A stretch of 64,000 nucleotides of DNA. Origin: Ophelia neglecta. Taxonomy: Eukaryota. The notes under the pieces are model-generated. The model made no database searches. It saw only the letters and a program-made list of their open reading frames with translations, and was not told where the DNA came from. The position numbers and the translations under genes were made by a program. Shown piece by piece: positions 1-12,783 of the stretch. Each line of letters starts with the position of its first letter. Positions within the stretch are counted from its first letter, which is position 1. The DNA is taken from the NCBI GenBank assembly GCA_965285935.1, contig OZ260664.1, positions 17,732,001 through 17,796,000 on the forward strand, in the 5' to 3' direction.

Positions 1-2658
1 GAAGTTTATAATGAAGAAATGATTGCTCGACCATTCCTTCAATGCATCGATGACGACATATGATTATGACGTAATTTTAATACAAGGCTGAAGGAAGAAA
101 TTGCCCCAAACGCAAATATAATAGTTCTGTTTTTTAAATTCGTTTAATGCAATTTTATTCGATTTCAATCGAGGTTTTTTCGTATACTTTATATATAATA
201 AAGCGCCATTTAGCTCATTTACGAGAAAGGAGCGCTCGATAAATGCCAATATCATTACTTTTATTATTAATTATTATTGATTTTGTCATTGGATATTAGA
301 CTAACATGTACATTTGCAAATCACAATGCCCATGTCCCATTTACTGAGACTTGGCAGGACGTTAAGACTCAAATCTATATATATGTTAACCTGGTGCAAA
401 CTTTAGAAAAATAACTTAGTCAAATTCTCCCTTAACAGTAAAATATTTCCTGTCTGTGACGGACTTGAACTTCATTAAAAAATTTCAATGTTGCAAATTA
501 AGATTAGTGAACCTCTTTTCCAAGGAACAGGATCGGATGTTTATGTACACGTGTGCGTGGGAAATAAGCCAAAATGAAATTTATTTACTACAAAGAATGA
601 GAAAAAACACAAGTCGGTACTATTGCTTAATATTTCCTAATTAACCTGCTTTTAGAAAGTAGTATAAGGAGACAACTGTGAACCACTCGGTTGTCAATCA
701 GGAACTAGATGCGATATCTTGTGGTTGATTCCTTTTGTCAGGCGATGCAGCAGCCTAGAAGCTGATCTTCTGGAATTAAGCTAGGAAATATAGAATAATC
801 GTTATAATCATGAACTCTTAATATGAACGATTACACAGAACTGGTGTAAAAGATTATAGGTCCCCAGGCTGAAAGGTTCAACCAAAATCAAAATTTGTTA
901 TAAGTCCAACTGGACACGACCAGGACTCATACAAAGAAACCAACACAATGTGGTACAATTTCAATTGATGACCCCCCCCCCCCCAACTGTCCAGAAAAAA
1001 GAGATGACCCCCACCTGCTACGAGTCCACCACCTTTAAAAGTGACCCCCTCTCCACGCCCTGGCAGAGATGTGGAAGGTTCCAAGGATTCTTTTTTTTCA
1101 CTTAAGTTAGTAAATAACAATGGGTTTTGCACACGCTCTAGACTCAACTCGAAGACAAGAATGTGCACAAAGGTCTTTTATTATTTTCTGACTTAAGTCA
1201 AAAACTTAGTTATCCAACCTTTCGAATCTCCACCACTTGTAATAAGTGACTGGTCTCAAGTGTTGGAATAGGAAACAGGAGGACCCAGTGTTTGTTATGT
1301 TGTATCCCGTCGACTACTTTGTTCGCCTACTCTTGGCTCTGTTTCTGTGGGTTGGAGTGGAATGGGTCATTTTTTTCATATTACTTTATTCAGATAATTA
1401 GAAAATACATTGATTTATTTCAATTGGAGACACTTACCCGTCGGTCGGTGAAACTGTGATGCTCCTTCACCAGAACAGCTTTAACAATGTCCAAATCGAA
1501 TATAACAATCGCTGGAAGTCGCAAATCCACTAGTCTGAAAATGATGGGGGTTTCTTAGTGCTTAATGTCCCTGACACCTACATGTAGATGATTTCAACAG
1601 CCAACCGTCGTATTGGTTCATGTTAAAATCCAGTTTAAAGAGAGTACAAATAACATACCTGATTAGTGGACCATATTTCTTCTTAAGGTTTAGATGATAA
1701 GCTCCTAAATGCTTTAAAGTTAGAAAATATCAATGATAACAACATGTATTGGATTTAACTGTTTTAATTAAAATGTATTGATTTCGTCCATGTTTTACCT
1801 GAAATACCCTTTACACATTGTTAGTTTCGTTCAGTATTAATATTTCGAAGGTTAAACCAAATCAATGTGAACTGTTTCTGCATAGAATATTGAACAAATA
1901 GTTAGGCGTTTTGTCACACACTGATTAGAGTGGATACATAGCCACCCTCACATAAGACATGATACCAATGATTTATTGGTATGCCTACCTTGTGGTAAGA
2001 CAACTGTTCGAGAAAACTGCCCACAAAAGGTCTCAGTGGTGGACCAAGCAGTCCTGTGACATCCAGCTTCTTATGGGGCCAAGTCCCGTATCTGAAATCG
2101 CATACAAGTCCGACCAGAATGAACCAAGACAGTTTGAATTAATTAGAAACAAGAAAAGTATTTATTTAAGACTGCAGCATGGATTGCATTGTGTTTGGTC
2201 CGCTATTAGTAACAGGGTTCACCAAATTATCGGAATGAATAGAATTAGTCCCAGTGAAAACGATCATGCAGATACCGACATCATCGGTCTAGTACACAGC
2301 AAATATTTCGTTCGAGATATTTAAATAGTAACTGTTACATACAGGTTCCAAAGGCCGAAAATTGGACAAGTTATCTACCAATGTGTATTCTTGATTCTAT
2401 TACACAGGGCACATCGCTGTGAATATATGTGAGTATATGCCATATACAGTATATTGGCAACTAGCCAGTATCATTTGAATTCATACAATGTTTATACGGC
2501 AGTTACGTTTACATGACTCCCACAATAAGGTTGCTATATAATCTATAAGTTGTACTATGTATGCAACTTATCAGAGGCATATTTATTAACACTCTTGATA
2601 AGGAAAATGCTTTTTGAATGTGTATTTATGATATATATGATATCCTTTTTGTTTTCAG

Positions 2659-3765
2659 CTCATGCCAACAAGGTGAAAAGCCTCAAAGGTGACCGTGCTT
2701 CTTCATCTCCCCAAGACTTCACTACAAAGTCACCTGTCCCCACAGCTACAGCCCCAAAGGTGCCTCCAACCACAGAGTGGGAACTTCAGCAGTACATGCC
2801 GAACATTTTGAAGGAAGTATTAACCCAACTTGTACGTGGAACAGATGGACCAACCATTGCAGAGTGTGCCAGGAAGCTGATTGGTCAGCCACTAGACGCA
2901 ATAACAAGTTTTTGCTGAAGAATTTGCCTAAGTATTTGGACACATGGGAAGCGGCACATCACTTTCCATTGATAGGGAAAGAATGTGGCTTAAGTTAAAC
3001 ACATTGAGATGTGATGAGAACTTTGTCGATAAACTGTTAAGTCATATGCATGATCTTGATGCTGAGATGAGAGACACAACTGCAAAGATATTGATCCAAG
3101 TGCTCATTGACGAGATGGCTTCAGAAATAATCAGCCAGCAAGTGACACTGGTTCTAAGTACTTGTGAAAATGAGGACCCAACAGAAATGGCTATAACTGA
3201 CAATGACCAAAGTGTGTTGTACTATATAAGTGGATTCATTGTAGAGAGACTAGCCAAGAAGTACTGGAAGTACAAATCCCAACATTACGAGCTACTTCGT
3301 GGTATGCTTGACAAGTTAGCATCAAAATCAGCCATGTACATGCAGGAACATGACTTCCTAGACAAAGTTCGGGTGTGGACCAAAAAATGTGACCGTGATG
3401 GTTTGACTTATGTGGCCAAGGATTTTTTTTTGCTCTGCAGATAATAGGAGACTATCGCTAGAAGGCAAATAGATATTACCAACCTCAATGCATTTGCCAT
3501 GCAAAGGGAAACACTGTGTGACCTAGTCATGAGTGATTTCCTTGTGAAGTTTTACTGGGACCAACTGTTGGTAGGAGACAGTGAACCTTTAAAATTGGTA
3601 CTGTTGAGTCACATTGTCAAAATGTTTTTCACAGTTCGCGGGTTTGCAGTGACCAAATACATTCATAGACAAACACAGAAACTGAAAAGAGACTCTAAGG
3701 TTTGCAAGGCTAAGAGGGGTGACAAGGCTTCTCTCCGCAAGTCTCTGAGAGACCGTGATTTGTAA
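2659..3765 (+). pseudogene. Disrupted terminal exon of a DNA-transposon-associated protein with a motif resembling the P-element/THAP9 transposase C-terminus
   Basis: Acceptor tttttgttttcag ends at 2658. ORFs 2550-2918, 2944-3444 and 3499-3765 join through one frameshift in a T-run (~2910) and in-frame stops (~2929; TAA-TAG at 3442-3447). Motifs: LYYISGFIV, W..KCDRDGLTYV, FFTVRGF, SLRKSL. Family assignment is from remembered motifs only. Confidence 0.5.
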
Positions 3766-3772
3766 TCACCAG

Positions 3773-4009
3773 GGCCCGGTTTCTGGAAGTGGTCTTAACT
3801 CTAAACTCGGATTAAAATCAGGATTAAAGTGCTTAATCGGTCTTAACTCACTAATCAAGGTTTCTGGAAGCTGGATTAGGTCTTAAACCTAGCCATGTTG
3901 GTCCTAAACTTAATCCTGGTCAGTGGAAACACTGCCTAACATGGCATCAGGTAATCGGCCTCAGGCTAATCTAATCCCAAAACGTAAGACCCCTTCCAGA
4001 AACCGGCCC
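3773..4009. mobile_element. MITE, PIF/Harbinger-type
   Basis: TIRs GGCCCGGTTTCTGGAAG / CTTCCAGAAACCGGCCC (1 mismatch). CAG flanks both ends (3770-3772, 4010-4012). Non-coding, with a diverged second copy at ~18428. Confidence 0.8.
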
Positions 4010-4454
4010 CAGGATGTTGCGAATAATGGAAACTGAAATATTGCTTGGGTCATGGATTAAAATGTGTGAATATGAAAGATTGTATGACAATATTTGTGCT
4101 TGTAACAACATTCTTTTATTTTACAATGTTTTGCAAATTTATACATGTATATATTTTGTATTGGTAAAAATGTTAGAATAGATTAAGTTTGCAGTAAATA
4201 AAATTCTCATATGGTATAAGACTTTTCACCCTAATTACTTTTGCCAGTCTAATTATAAAAAAGAAACAATTATTTATCATGCTTTTACTTATATTAGTTA
4301 TGCATACATGTATCATTAATGCAATAATTATATACTGTTGTCTAATCATATCTGTAAATAAAATGCATAAGAGATATCTTCCCTCAATTTCGTTATTTCA
4401 TCCTCTCATATAATACTTATATTAGGGAAATTTGCAAATGTTGCAGTAGATTTC

Positions 4455-4558
4455 AAATTGTGAACCAACAGATTAAAAATGATGGCTTTTAGTATCCCCT
4501 AGCAAAATTCACCAGTAGATCCTTAGGCCATCATTTTTTATCTGTTGGTTCACAATTT
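4455..4558. repeat. Inverted repeat (32-bp arms, 40-bp loop)
   Basis: AAATTGTGAACCAACAGATTAAAAATGATGGC (4455-4486) pairs with GCCATCATTTTTTATCTGTTGGTTCACAATTT (4527-4558), 1 mismatch. Confidence 0.85.
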
Positions 4559-6117
4559 TTAACCCAACTTACTCTGTAAAATTCATTTTTCCTAAAAACC
4601 ATTGTAAAATGTATAAGAAGATATTCATTGGAGAAATTATAAAATGTTAAAAAATGAACATAACTAGTAAACTACACTATATGGACGGATACTGTAGTAC
4701 ATATTCATACAATAAAGTTCACTCTAGATACACAATACAAACAATTATCAGATGCATTCTCTATGTCTATGATCATAGTACAATCCCCGTCCCACCCCTA
4801 CCCACTTGTCTTTTAATGGAATAGGACTTACAGCACAAGTGGGCCATAAACACTTAATTACAAGGCTTGAAAACATGCAAACATAAGAGGCACAATTAAT
4901 GATGGGAATTTAAAAATACTATATTAATTGAAAATTAATTGGTGACAAAATAGTTTGCACTCCAGAATAAAAAGACCACTAGAATTAAAGTGTTTAAAAG
5001 TGTATACATTTTTCCAACGGTATGTCTCATTGTGCTTTTTTCTCTCATGGTATTTCTCAAGAGGATTTCATGGAGTTTTTTTCATTTAAAAGGAATTTTA
5101 ATTTGATACAAACATATTTCTAGTGTTGTGACTTTGCCCTCTACTGGTTTCATTAATTATTGATTTATGTTTTTCTTATTTTGTGAACTTTTCCTCAATA
5201 CCTCCGGCATGTTAAGGTAAGAGTGCATGGTACTTTCTCTGCATGCATTTACTTGTATGTTACATCATGTTTGATCCTGGCATACAGTGCGCATGGTACA
5301 CTGGTCTAGCTACAAAGTGCAGCTCAATATGGGGTCTTTACCATAATGCTGATCTGATGCTATATTGACAGAGGGCGCCATAGATATATGGGCAGTGACC
5401 CTACGCAATAGTTACCCTCTTCTGCACAATAAAATTTCAATTCTAGACACCGGTCTAGAACCTTCTATGACCTAAAGCCAGAGGCTTCAGAGTGTACAAG
5501 TTTCTAGGCTAATGAACGATACCATATGTCAGGTTCAAACATGGTGTGCCGATTTTATCATGCACCCAATACGTTGTCCCATCAATTTGATATATGTCAG
5601 GGCTTCTTCAGACTGAGAAGTCCACAGTTCGCTTTGATGCTCTGCTCATTGCCATTGTCTGATGCTGTCTGTGTATGTGCTGACCTGAGATAGCAGTGGG
5701 ATTCCCAAGCTGTGATGGGGTCGGATTCTCACCAGTTACACCAGATTTTTGCCCCAAAAAACTATCAGCCATGATATTTATGACATTTATGATATGAAGA
5801 GTGACATTTTTTGTAAAAGCACAAATTTAGTTCAGTACAAAGATTTTTACCATTACATTATGTATGGAATGTACTATTAAGCATGATACTTGTTCATGCA
5901 TGTAATATTTTAACGGAAATATGATAGCTCAAGTTTAAATTTGTGATTTTTCAAACATTTACCCTTCATGGGTTTTTATTTTTATGCCAAGAGACAATTT
6001 TGCACGGAAAACATAATTTACCAGTTTGTTTTTGTCAAAAACCAAAATAGTTTCTTAATATTGTTTATAACGAACCCACAACACTTGCGATACTATCCAC
6101 CTAGCCCAGAGATATTT

Positions 6118-6200
6118 GGATGTAGCACAATTGATAGAGTCGCTGGGCTAGGTGCATGGTTCTGCAAGGGTTGTGGGTTCGAGTCCCAGCCAAGTAACAA
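6118..6200 (+). mobile_element. tRNA-derived SINE head (Pol III A/B boxes)
   Basis: A-box-like TAGCACAATTGATAGAG and B-box GGTTCGAGTCC. No canonical cloverleaf. Related copy at 6508. Confidence 0.6.
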
Positions 6201-6507
6201 CCAAATTTCAAAAAAAAACCTAAAAATGAAACGTTGTATTTCCGCTGTAGGTTTAAAAAAAGGCCTATATGGCCCAGCCTTTGAGAAATATATCCTGCCT
6301 CGATTTCATAAATGTATACAACTATGACCTCTGGCTGCCAAGTAGAACCCACAGACCCTGTGTTCCACAGGGGCTTGTGTCAAAGCCTATGTATGTATAT
6401 ATACTAACTACGTTATATAGTATAGGTATGTTGACACAAGCCCCTGTGATGTGTTCAGTGATGACGGTGACTATATCAGTGCTATTGAACCAATCATTTC
6501 GGGGTTT

Positions 6508-6595
6508 GGGATGTAGCAAAATTGATAGAGTCGCCGGTTTCGCTGGGCTAGGTACCGCAAAGGTTGTTGGTTCGAGTCCCAGCCTAGTCACAACA
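6508..6595 (+). mobile_element. tRNA-derived SINE head, second copy
   Basis: GGATGTAGCAAAATTGATAGAGTCGC...GGTTCGAGTCCCAGCC, clearly homologous to 6118-6200. Confidence 0.6.
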
Positions 6596-7543
6596 ACACT
6601 TGAAATATCAATAAAACCAAACAATTGTTTGTTTATTTTATTAAAAAATTGATAATAATTCTAGCGCTATTTACAGTGGAGTAGCTGAGAGGGGGGAATA
6701 ATTCCTGATATGAGTTAGAGAGCTTTATATACTCTTGATACACACTGAAACCGCGGAAAGCAGCCATAGTTTTCTGATGACATTTAATAAATAATCAAAT
6801 CCTAGTGGCTTTTATTTGGAAATATAATCATTAGACCGCCAATATTTTTATGTGCACTGCAGCTTTGGCAGAGGTATTAGTAATAGTATAATACGATGTG
6901 TTCAGCTGGAATATCACATATTATTTTATATGTTAACCATTAAGCAAAAAAAATTAAATAGGGCACAATAAGTTCAAGTGTGACCATAACTGACTAAATG
7001 TGACGAATATAATGATTTACATTTTTTATCGTTCATGTTTTAAATAGAATAACTTGATTATGTGGAAAACCAGAATTGTTAAGTTCAAGTCAAACATGTA
7101 AATTTTTTTTAAATCCCAATCTGATAACCAAAAGGTAGTATGATACTAGTTGTGTTTTTCATGTGTTGTCAAAGTTTTGACTAGAAAAGGGAAAATAATG
7201 CCCAGTTTGATTTTTTCGTATATTTGTTTCAAGACCACTGATTTGTTTCATAGATTACCATATAACACTCTCTAAACGAAAAAGTTTATTATTTTCTTCC
7301 TGTATTATTACTTGTGAGAAAGTTAGAATATATGGCAGCGACAAACAATTACAAAATTAGTCCAGCGAATGCAGAAAATGTCGAGGAACTTTAACAAATA
7401 TCATACATTCACATGTTTAAATAATTCATTCAGTGCAGAATAAGTAAGAGAAAGCAAAATGATACTAGTAATTTTCATAAATTCTGTGATTTGTTAGCTC
7501 CCCGACAACTTAGGTTAACAAAATCTAAACCGCTAAAAAAGAG

Positions 7544-9424
7544 CTACATTGGGAATAAATTAAATGATATCATGAAAAAAATAATACAACAAAAGAACAT
7601 TACAGCAAATATAAATACACTGGCAAGAGAAAAATCAAACGAACATTGCAAAAGCAATGGCAGTTTGTTTCCACCACCAACGTTTGAGAATTGTGTGATC
7701 TTGCACAAAGATAACACTTGCTTCTTGAAGAGAAACATCTCATTGGCGGCAGTAATAATGATGAGAGAAAGAAAAACTGCATTGACTATTGGCCAGTCTG
7801 GAACCATGACGATCACGCTGTTAGGGCCGTTTGCTTTCAGAATGATAGAATGGCACACGTACAACTAAAATGAAAAATTTAGTGATATAAATTGTTTAGT
7901 TTCAAGTCAATATGGCAACCTTAAATACTGGCCATACTTTAAATAATGTTATGTTTATCTCGTTCTTGCTAATTAGCATCCATGTAAAGGTTAAATTTCG
8001 GATTTCTGGCAAAAGAGTATAGTGCAATGAATAAGAATCACTAATCTTCTATATAAATAAACATGCCTCAAGAGACATCCTGCCAAGCCATTCAAACATG
8101 ATACTGTGACGATTTCGAGTAAAATTAAATGCATTTCGTAGAAGAACGTAAGTGGTGATCTGAAAATGAGAGGAAACATTCACACATTTAAATCAAATAA
8201 TTCTATGGTTCTTTTCCAATAAACATTATTTTTGGCAGTTTTGGATGGCGTATTATAGTTATAGTAGTTATACTCTTAGATCGAGAAACGAAGGAAAAAG
8301 TCAACTGTACGTACAGGTAGGAGTACCGACCACATGTGTATGTTGTCAAAGTGTTCTTTCGTTGTAACACCTCTCATTATAACAATGTACGCCTATTTGT
8401 AACAAAGAAAGCTACAAAGTTATATAATTCAAATTATATTCCGGAAAGTGTTGATTGTGTAACTTATAAATATTTGAGACCTTCGATACCTTTACAGAAC
8501 AACAGTAGCGACCAGCCAAACAGAAGAAGCAAGGCCGTGTATCACAAAGCGCTTGGAGTATATATATCTAAGCACTGTTTTTAGACTTCCCGGTATTGCT
8601 CAAATACAACGGAGTAAAGCCCCAATTGTGAATGTTGACTACCCCTCCCAGCTTATTGGAAACTTTGTTTCTTCTATGCTTTAACCGAAAGGGTAAACTG
8701 AGATCAAATGAATTTAAATTGAACCAATAAAAAGACATTCTAGTCTACTAACCCATACACATGGCAGCGACATCAAAATCATTATCAGTGATAACAACCA
8801 AGGTATCTCGCACTGTACGTCGTCAATCCTCCAGACCTTAGAAATGCCAGTCATCAGAAAAGCAAGCACCATACCAAGCAGCGGGGCCTCAAGGAAAAAA
8901 AGAAGTCTTTGTTTATTCAAATATCATTCAATTTGAAAAGATTCGCGCAGAAAAGACGATTAATATGCACACATAACAACACAATTCATGTAAATCATAC
9001 ATACATACGGGTCCAATTTGTGAAAACCGTATGCGTCTAGATCAAAACCATGTTCAAACTGCAAACAAAAACGGGAGTGGATTACCGGCGGACAAAGTAA
9101 AATCGTTCACAAACAACATGTCATTAAATTAATCCGAAATCGTCAGCAGCCACAGCCTACCTACATCAGTTACCAGCGCCCAAACGAAAAATACATTTAT
9201 AAACCTGATATCACTTGAAATGAGATGTGCTCAGCAGTTCTCCGTGTCAGAGTACAAAACAAGTTAGTAGTCTTATAGATTAAATAGGAATGTCTTATGC
9301 ATAGGGAAAAAAATTTGTTTGCCAGTCTATTCATTGATTCTTCTTTGTCCGTATTTGTGAGAGAGACTCGGATGTTCGTGCTGGCTGACAACCCATGGAT
9401 TGTGGTCCTAAACACAAGACATAC
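7544..9424 (-). pseudogene. Decayed coding segments of a multi-pass membrane protein (3' part)
   Basis: Several same-strand hydrophobic ORF remnants (9197-9424, 8714-8920, 7991-8179, 7544-7864). Acceptor-like sites tttttgtttgcag (~9060) and tttttcattttag (7865). Many stops. Confidence 0.35.
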
Positions 9425-12290
9425 TGTATGTATGTAAATAGTTTATTACCGTGACCAATGTATACATAATAAAGAGGTGACATAATAAGATAATTAGGAA
9501 CACCGTGCCCTTCGGGCATAATAGTCACATAACAGAACATAACATTCACACGCGAGTCTTGTGTTAATCGTATAATATACCTTTCCGTAGCTCGTAACAT
9601 TTCGTAATGAATTTGCCTAGCTGTCTTGGGAACTGATCAAAAATGACAACATATTTTTCACAAGTATTTAAGTTTGCAAAATTAAGTGTTTGATAATCTA
9701 TACTCTCTAATAAGTTATCCCTATACGAAGAGTACAGAGAACATTCAAATATAAAATGTGACTCATCCTCTACCGCATTTAAGTTACAAAACACACATAT
9801 TCTATTATCAACAGATTCTCCTTTAAATCTACCAGTTTCTATTCTCAGAGGAAGATTACCACACCGTAATTGAGAGATAAGAGACCTTTCATATCTTTCT
9901 AAATTCATTCTTACATAGTTCTCACAGGAGGGTTCAGATTTATAAGTCAAATAAGTACGTAATTTTGGTTTAGTTGAGGCCTGTCGGTGCCAACATTGGT
10001 ACCATCTATTCATCAGCCTCTCCCTACAGACAGAGATATCCACTGCAGACTTGTCACGGAAACTAGCTTCTAAGTTAATTGTACACAAAATATCTTTAAC
10101 CCATTCTGACCAGTTATTGCGTTGAATAGACCAATCCCAATTAAATACATATTTGTTTAGACGGTTGTCATCCATACTCAAAAATCTGTTCCACAGTCGG
10201 AGACATTCAATTTCCCATCTAATTTTACATTTAGTCCAACCCATATCACCTTCTATAGCAGCCAATGGTGCAAAACGGTGAACGCCCAGAAAGAACCTTT
10301 CTGCCCGGTTCTGTACACCTTCGGCACAAGAAAACTCTTTTCTGCCCCAGACCGCCGATCCATAATCAAGGACAGGGCACACTGACAATTCATACAGAGA
10401 TGTAAAAGTATTATAACCAACCCCGTTCAGAAATATAGATTTAGAAATTATTGCGCCAAGAGCGCGCCCACCAGCCTCTGATAGGAGTGTGGCAGCATGT
10501 TTGAAATCCAAAAACTCATTAAATATAACTCCTTAATATTTATATTTTTCTACAATTTCAAGAGAGTTGGATCCTATATGAAATTGAAAATTTGTTTTAG
10601 GACATTTCTTATTTCTAAAGTGAATAACTTTAGTTTTCTGAACGTTAATACCTAGTCGCCACTCATGGCACCACTGGGCGGTACAGTCTAAAATTTTTTG
10701 TAAATCTTCAGCAGATTCACTAATTAATACTATGTCATCTGCATAGGCCAGACAGCATACAATACGTTCTGCTACACCCACACCTATATTGAGTGATTTT
10801 AATCTAAACAATAAATCATTGATATATATTAAAAATAAGGTTGGAGATAAGTTATCTCCTTGCCTCACTCCATATATAGTATTGAACCACTCGGTGAGAT
10901 GTCCATTTACCCGTACACATGCACTGGTACCCTGATACAATGATTTAATAGCCCAGTAGATTTTACCACTAATACCTCCTTCCAACAGTTTTAACATGAG
11001 GAAATTCCTGTCTACAGAGTCGAATGCTTTATGGAAATCGATAAAAGAAGCATAAATACCAGAACTATTTGGGTCAGAAAGGCTTACATTTCTCATATTC
11101 ACATTTCTTAGTTTGTTTTCAACAATAGAATTTAAACAAAATTTATGATCCACACAAGATCTATTTGCTCTGAACGCATTTTGCTCATCGACAAGTTTGC
11201 CATTTTCATCAAGAAAAGCAGAAATACGAGTATTTAATAATGATGTATAAAGTTTACTAGTTGTACAAAGTATACTGATGCCTCGATAAAGGGAAGGTAC
11301 TCTTGGGTCGTTATCAGCTGACTTTGGTATTGGAACAATAATCGATCTCAACCAGATACTGGGGACAATGCCAGAGGAAAAGCACAAATTAAAGAAGAGA
11401 TGTAGCACCGATATAACACTCTCTGATCGTAAAACTTCATTTGGTATATTGTCTAGCCCCACAGCCTTCCTTGACTTAGCCTTACTAATAACAAGTTTAA
11501 TTTCTGACAAAGAAAAAGGCTCATTCATACTATTTTGATCCATATTTTCTTGTGAATTTTCAAGATGGGCCAGGGTTCCCAGCTTCTGCCGAAATAAATC
11601 TTGGTCAAACTCTGTACCAATACTATTGTACAGGTTTGAAAAGTCTGTTTTCCATTTATTTAATACATCATTCATGTCAGTCACTGTGTATCCATCGATC
11701 ATCACTTCTTGTGGAATAATTTGTTTTTTCTTGGGCCCCAGTCGCTTAATGTGATCCCAGAATTCTCTTGGGTTTGAGGATTCTAGTTCTTCTATCTCCA
11801 GCATTCTGCCCCTATTATGCTGACGTTTTAGATAGCGCAGTTTCCTGTCAAATTGTTTTATTGCCTGCTTAAATTCCAGCCTCATGCGTTCCCGGACTCT
11901 CCTCGGCCCACGAAAAGACACAAATATATGTTCCTTAGAAACAGCACAGTTCCATAATTCGGAGAGCTCTGTACACCAATACGGCTTGGCCCTAGTAAGG
12001 GATTTTCTAGCTCCCCGATTAGTACTATTCATACGCACAGGCAAGATAGCGTCCATTTCTGAGTTTATGTTATCTGAAAGGTCTTTATAAATACTATCAA
12101 TTTCGTCTTGGGACTGACGAGCACCCTCAATGGACACAATGATATTGTTAATAAGAGTCCAAAATCTGGCATTGTTCATAAACTCTGTAGGAAGGTTTTG
12201 GGCTCTGTATTGTTTACCTGCGGGAGAGATTGACTGACTGTTGTTATTATACTACTGGGAAGGAAGGCAAACCAAGGTCTGGGTAGATGA
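9425..12290 (-). mobile_element. 5'-truncated non-LTR retrotransposon with RT and C-terminal CCHC finger (RTE-X/Proto2-like; clade tentative)
   Basis: RT motifs YRGISIL, EQNAFR, FIDFHKAFD, GVRQGDNLSPTLF, YADD. C-terminal RIETGR..RICVFC..VEDESHFIFEC. 3' UTR has a GCCC-GAA-GGGC hairpin, AATAAA and an (ACAT)n tail ending at ~9425. The endonuclease domain is missing. Confidence 0.9.
9564..12179 (-). pseudogene. ORF2 reverse transcriptase of the truncated LINE, one nonsense lesion in this span
   Basis: ORFs 10533-12179 and 9564-10511 share a frame and read YKY*GVIF, i.e. TAA in place of Leu in the conserved YKYLG motif. Confidence 0.9.
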
Positions 12291-12783
12291 ACTTACCGTT
12301 TTTAGCAGGACTGTTATGAAAAAAAACAGAAAGACTAATTTCATCGTCATGTAGAAGTAAATCCTTCGATTTTCTGAAAAATCAAATTGCTGTTTGCTAG
12401 TTATCCATTGTGGAACTCGAATAACATTCACGACTTTATCAAAGCGTATTATATTGAGGAAGGACTATCATGACATGATGTAGAGAATACCATTGGCTAG
12501 GGCGCTGGATGTTGATGGGAAGCACGCCATAGTCAGGTAAATTATGACGAATACGATGGTCACCGCAGGTATGAACGACACCCTGGTAAATGAAATTCCT
12601 AGCATGAGGCACAGAACAACGGCAAGAAGGTTTAGTTTGCATACCACCTGAAAGTGAAAGATTTGACACGTAAAACAGGCAGAAATATTAGGTTCATGCG
12701 TTTTGAACATTCGACTGAATCGCAACGCCCTTTTCTGGGTATTATTATTTACCTCAAATATCCTTTGTACTGAAAATCCGGGC
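12291..12783 (-). pseudogene. Hydrophobic coding segment of the membrane-protein pseudogene, cut by the LINE
   Basis: One frame runs from an acceptor (ggtacag, 12784) to 12291 with only TGA-TAG at 12470-12465. TM-like stretches: LLAVVLCLMLGISF, VTIVFVIIYLTM, LVFLFFFITVLL. Confidence 0.45.

Noticed and set aside
64-2324. Short ORFs in the first 2.3 kb, and antisense ORFs over the LINEs elsewhere
   Set aside because: No motifs or splice support, and consistent with chance or shadow frames.
6118-6595. Functional tRNA genes
   Set aside because: A and B boxes are present, but there are no proper acceptor or anticodon stems, which fits SINE heads.
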